A stretch of 64,000 bases of DNA, taken from the NCBI GenBank assembly GCA_963818575.1, contig CAWFSV010000013.1, positions 172,233-236,232 on the forward strand. Direction: 5' to 3'. Below are positions 17,934-28,954 of this stretch, in pieces. Under the pieces are notes generated by a model. The model made no database searches. It was not told the DNA's origin and worked only from the letters and a program-made list of their open reading frames with translations. A program made the position numbers and the translations under genes. Position 1 is the stretch's first letter. Each line of letters begins with the position of its first letter. Source of the DNA: an uncultured Chloroflexia bacterium (GTDB lineage: Bacteria; Chloroflexota; Anaerolineae; Anaerolineales; E44-bin32).

Positions 17934-18449
17934 TCAATGAACCCAGACCCACATCCCCAGCCGGGCGAACGCATACACCGTGGCCGAATCACCCACCCTC
18001 ACGCAGCCGGCCGTGACCGGCTCGCCGAGCGTTTCATCGAGCAGGTTTCCGGCGGCATCCATCGGCCTCGAGTGCAGCCCGTTTCCGTTCCACGCATCGA
18101 AGATGACGATGTCGCCGACGAAGACGCCGGGAACGTTCTCGATCGGGCCTTGTCTGCAGGATCTGGACTCGATACAGACCCGGCGGCGTGGCCGCGCCGG
18201 CGACATCGGTTCGTCCGCTGGCAGCGGCATGGCTCGAGACGATGCCGCCGTCTGCGTGAAGGACGACGAGCTGTCGCGCCAGGTCGACCTCGATCCAATC
18301 TGCCTGAGGGTCGATCTTCAGCGGGCGGCAGGACGACGGTGGCAGTCGGCTCAGAAGTGGGCGTAGGGCGAATCGCCGGTGAGCCGGCGCAGGCCGCGCT
18401 CCACAGTCCGACAGAGCACGAGCAGCCCACTGCGGGCGAACGCCTTCAT
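17934..18449 (-). CDS. L,D-transpeptidase (YkuD domain) with signal peptide; about 3 frame changes
   Basis: MKAFARSGLLVLC.. / ..VGLWSAACAGSP..PTSEPTATVV / LKIDPQADWIEVDLARQLVVLHADGG..TPPGLYRV / ..GPIENVPGVF..LHSRP..LGEPVTAGCVRV (catalytic Cys motif), read from four ORF pieces. Confidence 0.7.
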
Positions 18450-18453
18450 CGGT

Positions 18454-19589
18454 CTAGCCTTCAGGCAGCGTGAGCACCCATACGGCACGGTCCGCCCAGG
18501 ACGTGAAGGCCACTCGGGTCCCGTCGGGGGAGACGAGCCAGTCTGCGTTGGCAATCGGCAGCGAGGTGAGCATCGGGTCGGTCAGCTGAGCGGCGCGCCC
18601 GGCAACCGGATCGACCTCGAAGATCGAAGGCAGCTGTGCACCGGTCAACGGAATCAGGAGCAAGTGCCCTTCGTCTCGCCAGCGGTACGCGCCGAACGGG
18701 GTGACCTTGGAGATCGAACTCCCATCGATGCGCACGACCCAGAGCCCGTTCTGTCCGGGATCCCCGGTGAAGGCGGCGTAGAACGCCACCCAACCCCCCG
18801 CAGGCGAGAGCAAGACATCCCGGGGCCGGAGAACCTGGTGGATCAGGAGCGGGGCGGAGCCGTCCAGGGGAATAGACCAGATGCCTTCCTGCCCGTCGGA
18901 TTCGATTCGGCCGGCAGCCACCAGCGCCTGGCCGTCCTGCGCCCAGCCCACCAAGCCGCCACCGATGGTCGTCGCCAGCCTTCGCCCTCCGGCGCCCGTG
19001 ACCTCCGCCACCCACAAGGCGTGCTCGCGCACATCGGGGTGCGCGATGCTCTTGGAGGCGACATCCCAGGCCACATAGTTCCCGCCGGGTGCGAACCGGA
19101 GCTCACGGCCGTCGTTGGCGATGGTCCAGCTTTCGCCGTTCCCCCGGCGTGTCAGGCGTACGCGTGTCCCCTCCGCCTCGACCGCCAGCAAGCCATCGGG
19201 TGAGAAGGCCGCCGGCCGTTCCCACGCAACCCTGGATGTTCCCCCGTCGACGGGCAGAGACAGCACGAGGGCTGAACTTTCCGGCGAGGGCCGGGCGAGA
19301 ACCAGGAGCGACCGCGAATCCGTCGTCCAACCCAATGGGGATGCAACAGTCGGGGTCGGTCAGGCGCGCCAGCCCGAGCGTCCGCAGCGGCGTTGGGGTT
19401 GGCCCGGCACTACCGACCTCCGTGGCGCGGAGAATGCCGCGGCGCGGCAGCGGCCTCGGCGCCTGCCGCCGGCGTCATCGAGAGGCGCGCCGAAGCGAGG
19501 ATCGCCAAGAAGCCGAGGGCGGCGGCGCCCACGGTCAGGGAAATCCGGCGGAGCCGGTGATCACCAGTCAGGCGGCCAGGTCGTTGCAT
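18454..19589 (-). CDS. Secreted/anchored TolB-like beta-propeller (PD40/WD40-like repeats) protein; N-terminus frame-shifted twice
   Basis: 293-aa ORF with repeated FSPDG/VSPDG..VAF motifs. Upstream pieces give MQRPGRLTGDHRLRRISLTVGAAALGFLAILASA (ATG 19589) and ..PTPTPLRTLGLARLTDP... Confidence 0.65.
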
Positions 19590-20305
19590 AGTTGTTGAGC
19601 AGAGGCTGTCCGAACTTGATCGTGGGCTGGTCGGCCATGTCGGTCCAGCGCGTCGGTTGGTCGCCGTCGATCTGAAAGGCCTGTGGAAGGCCGCCGGCCA
19701 GCGCGATCCTCTCCCAGTCGGCCTGGATCAACGCCACGGGGTTGTAGGCGTGATCGTGGCGCGGTGCGCTGCGAATCTCGAGATGCAGGTGCGGGCGCGA
19801 GGCGCAGGTCAGGTCCGGGTCGCCCACGACTCCGATGGGGTCGCCGGCCCGGACCTGATCGCCGATCCGCAGGTGCGAACGCTGGCGCAGATGTCCGTAG
19901 AGCGAGCCGTATCCGTTGGGGTGGTCGATGATCAGGTTGTGCGGGCCGGCGCCGTGATAGGGATTGTCGACGGCCACGACCGTGCCGTCCCCGATGGCCA
20001 GCACCGGCGTGCCGCAGGCTGCGTCGAAGTCGATGCCAAAGTGGATCCCCTGCCCCGCCCAGTAGGTCGGCGGCCCGCGCCCGGTAGGCGAAGATCGTGT
20101 TGCCGTAGGGCTGGCCGAGCAGCCAGGTATCGGGCCCGGGCGGCTCGGCGAACGGCAGCCGGAAGGGAGGCGGCTCGGCCTGAGGGGAGTAGGGAAGTGG
20201 GAGGACGATGGCCAGCGTCAGGAGTGCGGCGGCGGTGCCCAGGCGCCGGAACCGCCGCCCGTGCGACGCCGGCCGTCCTCGCCGCGCAACTCCGCGTTCA
20301 GCCAC
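19561..20305 (-). CDS. M23 (LytM-type) peptidoglycan endopeptidase; frame-shifted near ~20060
   Basis: N-terminal TM (LGTAAALLTLAIVLPLP), then after the shift YWAGQGIHFGIDFDAACGTPVLAIGDGTVVAV..HPNGYGSLYGHL..PHLHLEI. Candidate start GTG 20305. Confidence 0.78.
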
Positions 20306-21666
20306 GCTGAATCTCCAGCCCTTCCGGCCCGTGCGAGGGAAACAGACGCTCGAGGGCATCCGGCGCATACGCGGCGACCATCTCCGACGAGAGCGCGTTC
20401 GCCTTGCAGATCTCGGCGTAGAAATCGACGCTCGGTCGGCGCGTGCGCGCCTGCGTCTCCGGATCCAACCCCCACAGGCCGAATCGTTGTGTCCAGCCGC
20501 GTTCCCACTCGAAGTTGTCGACCAGCGACCAGTGGTAGTAGCCGCGGATCGGCGTCCCGATGTTGACGGCCTTCCACAGCCGATGAATGTGGGCCGCCAG
20601 GTAGCGCGGGCGCATTCGATCGTCGGCGTCCTCGACGCCGTTCTCGGTGATGTAGATCGGCAGGCCGTAGCGCCGGGCCCACTGCATGGCGCGGGTGAAT
20701 CCGTCGGGCTCGTTGGCGATGAAGCCCGTCGGGCTGAGATCGGCGCCGGCGGGAAAGAAGCCGTGGGTGAAGAGCTGATCCGGCCGGCGCAGGTCGAAGG
20801 AGCAGCGCTCGACGGTGTAGTAGTTCAGGCCGAAAAAGTCCTGTGTCCCGGCCACGCCGGTCAGCCGTTCGGATCGCCCGAAGACGCGAGAAGTGACCGT
20901 CGGCTGCAGCGCGCGGGATGGTTTCGTTGAACACACGCGACCGCAATCGGGCGATTTGTTCATCCAGCAGGTTTCCCGGCCGGGCGGGCGCGAAGCCGCG
21001 ATAGTGATGGGCGAGCCCGACCAGCGCGCCGGGCTGGAGCTCATGGATGGCGTGGTAGGCGGCCGCATGCGCCCGCGCGGCGTTGCGCAGGGCGCGGATC
21101 GCCTTGGGCATGCTGCGCGCTCCCGGCGGGAACTCGTGCCCGGCGTAGCCTGAGTAGGCCAGGATGTTGGGTTCGTTGATCGTCACCCACAGCCCGGTGA
21201 GATCGTGCAGCGCGGCGACGACCTTGCGGACGTAGCGCTCGAAGCGCGCCACGATGTCGTCCGACAGCCAGCCCCCGCGCTCGGCCAGCCAGCGCGGAGT
21301 GCTGAAGTGGTGCAGGGTGACCATCGGCATCAGCCCACGCGCCAGGGCGCCGCGCAGCATCTGGCGGTAGGCATCGAGCGCCGAGTCATCCCACATCGCC
21401 GGCGAAGGCTCGATGCGCGACCACTCGATGGACAGGCGATGTGCGTTCTGGCCGGTCTCCGCCGCGCGATCGAAGTCCTCCGCCCAGCGCCCGCCCCACC
21501 AGTCGCAAGCCTTGCCGGAGCGATGGCCGCCGAGGATGTGCCCGGGCTGCTGCTCCCAATCCCACCAGTCGCTGTTGGTGTTGTCGCCTTCGACCTGGTG
21601 CGAGGCGGTGGCGGCGCCCCACAGGAAGCCGGGAGGAAACGAGCACGTCGCACGGATCATCGTCAC
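20298..21666 (-). CDS. GH1 beta-glucosidase; frame-shifted near ~20890
   Basis: FPPGFLWGAATASHQVEG, TLHHFSTPRWL, WVTINEPN, then in the second frame DFFGLNYYT, IYITENG, YYHWSLVDNFEWERGW. Confidence 0.88.
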
Positions 21667-22415
21667 CTCACCTCGCTCGTCGTCCCGCCCGGATCGCGCA
21701 ACAGCGCCTGCGCCAGCAGACTGCGCTCGCCGGTCCGGCGAAAGCCCACCCAGTGCGCCTCGGCCTGTGCGGCGACATCCCCTTCGCTCACCTGGTAGAC
21801 CGGCAGACGGCCCTCCGACAGCAGCTGTCCGGCGATGGCTGCCAGCGCCGATCGCCGGTGCCCCTGGCTGGCCGCTTCCGGCTGCGACTCGACGTACACC
21901 TCGGCAAACATGTCGCCCTTCCAGTTGACCCCGGCGCCGGCACGCACCACATCCCCCGACCGGACCTCAAAGCGCGGCAGCCCCGAAGGGGATTGACAAG
22001 GCACGACCAGGACGTTGATCTCCGGTCGGAACGCCTTCGTGTCCAGCCGGTGGAGCTCGACGACGCGCGGTTCGCTCAAGTCCACGACCTCTTCCGCCCA
22101 GGCACGCTGCTCGACCGGCAGGTGGAGCATGACCGGGCGACCGCGCTGCAGCGAGACGTTCAGCAGCGCCTGGAGTGCCGCCGGGCTTCCCACGAAGGGA
22201 ACCGCGAGCGGTCGGAAAAGATCGTAGCCTGTCTGGGCCAGGGCAAGGAAACCGCTCGGGGCATGCGGGACTTGATAGTAGCCGTAGACCACGACGCGAT
22301 CGGCCGGATGCTGCAGCCCGTAGTAGGCCACCATCGCATCCTGCGGCAGTCGCGGATCCAGGAGCGGCGCCAGCCGGTAGCGTTCGGTCGGGGCGATGCG
22401 CAGGACTTCAGCCAT
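21663..22415 (-). CDS. Hypothetical protein, possibly GNAT-like; translationally coupled to the GH1 gene
   Basis: 250 aa from MAEVLRIAP (ATG 22415). The stop overlaps the bgl start (ATGA). No strong motif recognised. Confidence 0.5.
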   Translation of the reverse strand: MAEVLRIAPTERYRLAPLLDPRLPQDAMVAYYGLQHPADRVVVYGYYQVPHAPSGFLALAQTGYDLFRPLAVPFVGSPAALQALLNVSLQRGRPVMLHLPVEQRAWAEEVVDLSEPRVVELHRLDTKAFRPEINVLVVPCQSPSGLPRFEVRSGDVVRAGAGVNWKGDMFAEVYVESQPEAASQGHRRSALAAIAGQLLSEGRLPVYQVSEGDVAAQAEAHWVGFRRTGERSLLAQALLRDPGGTTSEVR

Positions 22416-22802
22416 ACCGGGCCGATTGTATCCCGTCCGGAGATCGCGGCAACCCGCGGGGCGCAAGGTGGATCGGCCAATCGTCGGGCCGTGCTCACCC
22501 TGGCGCGTGGGGTCTCAACCTCCACGCTGCCGGTGAGCACAGGGATGAGCTCACGGGGCGGGCGTCCCGATCCGGATCGCCGAGCCGCACCCAGTCCCGA
22601 CCAGGGCCGCGCGGGCCCCGGTGTTTGGGGCAAGAGGCAGGGTGAGGGGGCGAGAGTCGCGAGTCCGAATCGGTGTCCCCCACCCTCCCCTCGTCTCCCA
22701 CGTGGTGCTCCGGCGACCTTCGGCCCTTTCCGTCAGATCGTGTGGGGCGACCTTGCCCGGCCCTTCGATTGTGACTATAGTTGGTCCGAGGCAATCTACG
22801 TC

Positions 22803-24216
22803 GTGTCGCGTGCATTCCGGATCGGACTCCTGATCACAGCTGCGGCTGCCCTTGTCACGGCGTGCACTTCGTCGACGCCGCGCGGTGACGCCCTCTACCC
22901 TATCGCTCCTGAGTTCGAAGCCTTCGTATCCGCCCATGGCGGTGTCCGCACGTTTGGGTCGCCCATCGAGCCGCGCGGCGAGGACGGACAGCGGGTGCGG
23001 CAAGCGTTCGCCAACGCCGAACTGGTCTACGATCCGGCGCGGCCCGACGGCGAGCGCGTCTCGTTGAGCGCACTCGGCTACGCTCTGGGCCTGGCCACCC
23101 CGCCAGTGGCGCGTCCGCAATCCGAAGCGATCTACTTCGAAGCCGACGGGCCACACGCTCGACCTGCGTCTGCAAGCCGGCTATGACCTGGTCGGCGGCG
23201 AGCGCGTGGCCGGTGCGCCGATTGCCGAGGCCGTGCTGCGCGACGGCTACGTCGTGCAGTACTTCGAAGCGCTGGGGATGCGGCTGCGTCCGGACGGCTC
23301 TTCGGACGAAGTCGAGGTGCTGGCCTACGGCTACGCGGCACGCGAAGCGATTCGGGCTCCGGCAGGCAGCGTGCTGCCTCCCGATGCACGGGCGCGCCCA
23401 TTTGCCCTCTTCCTGGACCCGTATGGCGGCGAGGCGGTGTTTGGGCGCGCGTTGACCGGCGCGTACGCGGCTGCCGACGGAGCGCTCGAGCAGGTGTTCG
23501 CCAACGCCGTTCTGTACGCCCCGAGCGATGCCCCGGGTTCCGTCCGCTTGCGGCCCGTGGGCGCGGCGCTGGGCGCGGCCGACCCGCCGGTCACCGGACC
23601 GAGCGACACCGTCGGGTTGTACATTCCACAATCCGGTCACTACGTCTTGTGGGCATTCGTCAACTTCTACCGGGGTCACGGGGCGGAGGCGGTGCTGGGC
23701 TTGCCGCTCGAGGAGGGCAAGACCCTCGAGGGCATCCTGCGTCAGCGATTCGAAAACGTGGTCCTCGAATACCGGCCCGAATTGCCTCCTCACCTGGCCG
23801 TCCAACTCGCTCCGCTCGGCGTGGATTACGCCGCCAGTAACCGGCACGCAGGCAGACGGATCCCCCGCGCCGGTAGGTGACCACACACCCGCCGGCGGCG
23901 GTGTGTGAGGGTGTGGCGCTGGTCACCACGCTCCCGGATCTCGCCATCCTGCCCACGGGGGGCCTGCAGCAGATCCGCGTCCAGGTGGGGCGTCCGGACG
24001 GATCGCCGTGGCCGGGGGTGACGCCGATCGTCGTCGTGCATGCTCCCGGCGGTGACGTGTATCCGGTGGTCGCGCCGACGGACGGCGAAGGACAGACGGC
24101 CGCTGCCCTCAGCCTTGATGATTTGAGAACCGGCGAGATCGTGAACTACGAGGTGGTCGTGGCGGCCGAGCAGTGCACGGGCTACGCCATCGGTCAGTTC
24201 GCCGGCGGTCATGTAG
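22803..24216 (+). CDS. Secreted lipoprotein with four ~60-aa tandem repeats and a C-terminal Ig-like domain; several frame changes, 3' end uncertain
   Basis: GTG 22803 gives VSRAFRIGLLITAAAALVTAC (lipobox). Repeats follow the pattern G..V.G.PI......G...Q.FaNa.L.Y.P (..RQAFANAELVYDP.., ..VQYFEALGMRLRP.., ..EQVFANAVLYAP.., ..RQRFENVVLEYRP..). Read from ORFs ending at 23186, 23206..23880 and 23877... Confidence 0.55.
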
Positions 24217-24233
24217 CTCGCGCCAGCGCCGGG

Positions 24234-25202
24234 TTACGGGGCGACCAGCGCCTCAGCCAGGACCTCCACCCGATCAATCATCGGGCCGAGGCTGAAGACG
24301 GTCAGGCTGCCCTCGATCTGCTCCCCCGGACGCATTGCGTCGACCGGCTCCCATTTCGTGAACCCGATTACCTGTCCCTGTTCGTCGAGGGCGAGCAGGC
24401 CGACAGCCAGCCGCCAAAGGGCGGCGGAGTCGGCCGGCACTCTGACGCGGACCGTGACCTCCCAGCTCAGATGGTCCGCACCTGGCTGTGTGTGGGTGAC
24501 CGACCAGTCAAGGGAGGCGTACCGCGTCTCGGCTCCTTGAACAGGCACAGCCATCGTCAGCGCGGCGACCACCCGGGAAAACTCCGGCACAGGAGGAGCC
24601 AGGTAGGTTGCCAGCACCATCACCTGATCCGAAGGCAGCAGGTTGAGTGGAGGGTAGATGGGGACGGTGAGAAGAGGCTCACCCCCGGTTCCCAGCAGCG
24701 TCAGAAACCCGCTCAACCCCTCCACGGGGCCGCCGGTTGTGTTGGTCACACTGACCAGACACCACCATCCACCGGAGGCGCTCGGGTAACAGCGTGGGTC
24801 TGAAGTCCCCAGCGGGAGCGGCGTGGGAGACGGGATGGGCGTGGCCGTCCCCTGGCCCCCGGGAGCGGGGATCAGCAACTGCTGCCCGATGCTCAGGAAG
24901 TCAGGATTCAGGCCAGGATTCGCCGCCAATAGCTCCTCGCGGGTCAGCCCGTAGGCCAGCGCGATCCCAAGGAAAGTGTCATTGGCGCGGACGGCATAGG
25001 CCTGTGGGGTCGGCGAAGGGCCGGCCGTCGGCAGGAACGCCAGGGTGGCAGCGGAGGCGCCGGGCGGTGTGGGTGACGAGGTCGTGCGATAGGGCAGCAG
25101 GGTGGAGGTGGCGGGCAGGACGGTCGCCGTCCCGTTGGATGCGCACCCGGCCAGGAGTCCGGAAACCGCAGCGGCGAGCAAGGCGCGGACCCAGCCGTCC
25201 AT
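24234..25202 (-). CDS. LysM-domain lipoprotein
   Basis: MDGWVRALLAAAVSGLLAGC (lipobox). The LysM block reads YAVRANDTFLGIALAYGLTREELLAANPGL..IGQQLLIP. TATAAT on the minus strand (25216..25211) lies 8 nt before the ATG. Confidence 0.85.
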   Translation of the reverse strand: MDGWVRALLAAAVSGLLAGCASNGTATVLPATSTLLPYRTTSSPTPPGASAATLAFLPTAGPSPTPQAYAVRANDTFLGIALAYGLTREELLAANPGLNPDFLSIGQQLLIPAPGGQGTATPIPSPTPLPLGTSDPRCYPSASGGWWCLVSVTNTTGGPVEGLSGFLTLLGTGGEPLLTVPIYPPLNLLPSDQVMVLATYLAPPVPEFSRVVAALTMAVPVQGAETRYASLDWSVTHTQPGADHLSWEVTVRVRVPADSAALWRLAVGLLALDEQGQVIGFTKWEPVDAMRPGEQIEGSLTVFSLGPMIDRVEVLAEALVAP

Positions 25203-25233
25203 GTCGGCGGATTATACCAAAGGGGGGGTGGCG

Positions 25234-25262
25234 TTGTCCGTGCGGGGCGGCTATGCTAGACT
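25234..25262 (+). promoter_or_regulatory. Promoter of the TPR gene (TTGTCC-17-TAGACT with TGc extension)
   Basis: ttgtcc at 25234-25239, tatgcTAGACT at 25252-25262, ATG at 25279. Confidence 0.45.
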
Positions 25263-25278
25263 CTGATCTCAGGCCACT

Positions 25279-27180
25279 ATGGTTACCCCATCGCAGTCGA
25301 TGATCACCGAGGCTATTGCCGCTGCACGCGCCGGAGACCGGGCGCGGGCACGCGATCTGTTCTCGCGTCTGCTGAGGACGGACTCAGCCAACGCCGAGTA
25401 CTGGGTGTGGATGAGTTCGGTCGTGGATACCGACCGCGAGCGAATCTACTGCCTGGAATCGGCCCTCAAGCTCGATCCCACCAACCGCGCCGCGATGCGC
25501 GGGCTGGTCATTCTCGGCGCCCGCAAGCCGGCGGACGCCGAGCTGGCGGCCTCCTTGCGCATCCCCCGTCGGCAGGTGGCGGCAATCTCGGCCATCGCGC
25601 CGGTGGCCCGCGGCCGGCGGATGAATTGGGGTTTCGTGACGCTGAGTGCGCTGGCGATCGTTGCCGTGGCGATCCTGTTCGTGTACGGGGGGCCGGTATT
25701 CTCGGCCCTTGGGATCTTCGGCCGCCGGATCCTGGCGCCCCCGCCGGAGCTGGCGCCGATCAGCCCCACCCCCACCGAGACGGCGCTGATCTCGACCCCG
25801 ACCAACACCCCGCTGCCGGCCGCCACACGCGTCCTGCGCACTCCTGTCCCTCCCGAGATGGCCGGCACTCCGCTTTCACAGCTCGTCCCATTCACGATGA
25901 CCCCGACGCCGGTCGTCGGCGCGACGCCTCACAGCCAGTTCGAAGCGTACGCCTCAGGGCTCGAGGCGCTCGATAACGGGCGGTACGAGGAAGCGCTGGG
26001 GTATTTCGATCAAGTGGCCAAGCTGGCCCCCCGGCTTCCCGATGTGCAGTACTTGCGAGGCGAGGCGATCCGGCTGGGCGGCCAGCCGCGCCAATCCTTC
26101 GCCGCGTATGACGCCGCCATTCTGCTGGACAAGGAATACGCTCCCGGCTATCTCGGGCGCGGCCGGGCGTTCCTGGCGATCGATGACCCGCGCGCCCTGG
26201 GGGACTTCGAGCAGGCGTACAAACTCGACCCGCTCCTCGAGCAGGCCTATCTCGAGCTGGCGCAGTACTACAACGCCAGGCGGCTGTATGACAAGGCGGA
26301 AGAGTACCTGCAGCGCGCCGTCGATCGCGGTGTGGTCACACCGCTGATCCTGATCCGGCTGAGCCAGGCGCAGTTCGGACGGACGAATTACGACGACGCC
26401 GTCCGGAACGCCATCGAGGGCAGCGCCAACGACCCGACGATCGTCGAGGGCTACCTGGCGATCGGCTCCGGGTACTATGAGCTGGGCCTGTATAACGATG
26501 CGGTGTGGCCGCTGCGCACCTACACCTTGTATGCCGGCGACGATCCCCTGGGCTGGAGCTACCTCGGACGCGCGCTGCTGCTGACCGGGGAGACCGACGA
26601 GGCGTTGGTTGCGGTCGATCGCTCCCTGACGCTCAACGACCGGCATGCGCCCGCCTACACCGGGCGAGGCTACTACTACCTGCTCCAGAACGATGCCGCC
26701 TCGGCGCTTGACCAGTTCAATCAGGCGCGGCGCTTCGGCTCGGACAACTACGAGCTGTATGTCGGTTTCGGCCGCGCCTACTACATGCTCGGGCGCAACC
26801 GGGAAGCGATGCTGCAGCTCAACGAAGCCCTCCGGCTGGCGAATGAAGAGCGGAAGATCGCCAACCGCGAGCGACGCAAGGGCGACGTCTACGTCTTCCT
26901 GGGGCTGGTCTACGAGGCGACGAATCCGCCTCTGCGGGACGACGCCATCGTCAGCTGGAATTACGTCCTCGAGATGGGCGGCGCCTCGCCCGAGGCCCGG
27001 GCCCTCGCCGAGCAGCACTTGCAGGTGCTGACCGGCCGGGTGCCGACCCAGGGGCCGACGTGGACCCCTTCGCCGACCTTCTTCGGCGTCATCACCCCCA
27101 CGCGCACCCCGACGCGTACCGTCACCCCGGGACCATCCCCGACGCCAGGCCCTTCGCCGACGCCGACCGCCACCGGGTAG
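25279..27180 (+). CDS. TPR-repeat protein with one TM segment and a PT-rich C-terminus
   Basis: 633 aa. Repeated TPR-like A..Y..A/L..P helices, a TM segment (WGFVTLSALAIVAVAILFVYG), and a tail TPTRTPTRTVTPGPSPTPGPSPTPTATG. Confidence 0.8.
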   Translation: MVTPSQSMITEAIAAARAGDRARARDLFSRLLRTDSANAEYWVWMSSVVDTDRERIYCLESALKLDPTNRAAMRGLVILGARKPADAELAASLRIPRRQVAAISAIAPVARGRRMNWGFVTLSALAIVAVAILFVYGGPVFSALGIFGRRILAPPPELAPISPTPTETALISTPTNTPLPAATRVLRTPVPPEMAGTPLSQLVPFTMTPTPVVGATPHSQFEAYASGLEALDNGRYEEALGYFDQVAKLAPRLPDVQYLRGEAIRLGGQPRQSFAAYDAAILLDKEYAPGYLGRGRAFLAIDDPRALGDFEQAYKLDPLLEQAYLELAQYYNARRLYDKAEEYLQRAVDRGVVTPLILIRLSQAQFGRTNYDDAVRNAIEGSANDPTIVEGYLAIGSGYYELGLYNDAVWPLRTYTLYAGDDPLGWSYLGRALLLTGETDEALVAVDRSLTLNDRHAPAYTGRGYYYLLQNDAASALDQFNQARRFGSDNYELYVGFGRAYYMLGRNREAMLQLNEALRLANEERKIANRERRKGDVYVFLGLVYEATNPPLRDDAIVSWNYVLEMGGASPEARALAEQHLQVLTGRVPTQGPTWTPSPTFFGVITPTRTPTRTVTPGPSPTPGPSPTPTATG

Positions 27181-27295
27181 TCCTCCGCCGATCGACTGCT
27201 CCGCCCGGGTTCCGATTCGATTCTTGAACCGGGGAGCCCGTGCGTGCGCGCGTCCGATCTCGGGGGTTCCGGAGCGGGTGCGGTATCATTGACGG

Positions 27296-28535
27296 ATGCA
27301 CCCACTCCGCAGAACCTTCCAATCACGCTCCCGGCACGGCGTTCTGCGCCGCACTGGTGGCGCTCTGTGCGGGCGCACTCGCCGGCTGTTCGACCGCGCA
27401 GCCCGACGCCGGCGACGGTGACGCCCACGTCCACGCCGCGGCCGACCGCAACGCCGACGCTCACCCCTTCGCCCACACCCATCCCGAGCCCGACGGCGAT
27501 CCGCACACCGCCCGCCCTGCCCGGCCCCTACCAGACCACCCGGCTCAACCCGATCGACGAGCCGGTCGGCTACATCGATGATTCGTGCCAGGTCCTGCGG
27601 ATGAAATGGGACCCCGACAACGCGGCCCCCGGCACCATCGTCATCCCGATCATGTTCCACGGCATTCCCGCTATCGAAACCAGCCGACCCGAACGAAATC
27701 AACCAGCTCCAATTCGAGAAACTGATCTCCGACCTGAAGGAACAGGGCTTCGAGGCCATCACCATCAGCCAACTGGCCGACTTCCTCGAAACCAACGCCA
27801 AGATCCCACCGCGCTCCTTCGTCATGATTCTGGATGATCGCCGCCCAGGCACGGCCTTTGCCACCTTCCTGCCGGTGCTGGAAGCCAACCAGTGGCGCAT
27901 GAGCCTGGCCTGGCCCATCGGCTACGGTGACGACACCACCGATAAGAAGCTCGCCACCTATGTGGATAGCGACCCCATGGCCGGCACCTACCCCAACCTG
28001 TGGGCGCAGATCGAGCACTACTACGAAAGCGGGTATTTTGAAGTCGAGTCGCACGGCTATTATCACAACCTCCCGATGAGCAACGACTCGACCGAAGACT
28101 ACCTGCGCCAGGAACTGGAGCAATCGATGGCCGAGTTGGAGGCCCACTTTGGCCGCCGACCGGTCGCCATCATCTGGCCGGGGGGCGGATTCGCCCAACG
28201 CCCGGTGGCATTTGCCCGATCGGCCGGCTACCGGGTGGGATTCACCATCAATCCGCGCGGGCCGCTGATGTTCAACTGGATTCCCCAGGCCCAGGCCAGC
28301 GACCCCATGCGCCCGGTCTATCTCCCCGAGGGCCCGGCCGGTGACCCCCTGCTGACGCTGCCGCGCTATTGGCCGAGCCAGGTAAGCGGCGAAGTGGACA
28401 ACATCCGCCTGATGGGAAAAGAAGCCGCCGCCCTATGCCGAAGCCAACAAAGCCACCGAGCTGGAATACTACGACATCGTCTGCGCGCCCGACTATGGTC
28501 CGCTGACGACCCCTGAGCCCCATGCCGCGCAATGA
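27296..28535 (+). CDS. Polysaccharide deacetylase-family lipoprotein; about 4 frame changes
   Basis: MHPLRRTFQSRSR / GTAFCAALVALCAGALAGC / PT-rich linker..IVIPIMFHGI / PLSKPADPNEINQLQFEKLISDLKEQGFEAITISQL..VMILDDRRPG..ESHGYYH..IIWPGGG / ..YAEANKATELEYYDIVCAPDYGPL..*. Confidence 0.7.
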
Positions 28536-28954
28536 TCCTGGCGATCCACTGCCAGCGGGCACGCGCTGTGCCGCTCGGGCCGTCCATGAACTTCCCCGCC
28601 GGAGGTCAGCCAGGCAGCGGAACACAGCCTGCTCGGAAGTGCTGCGCCGGCGAGGTCTAGCCGGCGCATTGTCATCGATGCGGCCCTGTATCCTCGCCTG
28701 AAGCCAGGTGCGTATAGGCGTGGGCTGCTGGCTATGCGCAAGAACCGCGGTGCCGACCACCCTTCCACCGGGCGGGATGACATATATCGGCCGGGCGTCC
28801 AGTGATCGTGGCCGACTGCGCGTTGTGCCCTTTGCCGACGGACGGCGACTCTCGAGCGCGGGAAAGCGCAGGCAGCGGAGGCCCCATCGCCTGGGGGACA
28901 TTTGCCGCAGCCGGCAGCCGAGGCGGAGCCGAGGATGCCGGTGGAGGCCAGCCC

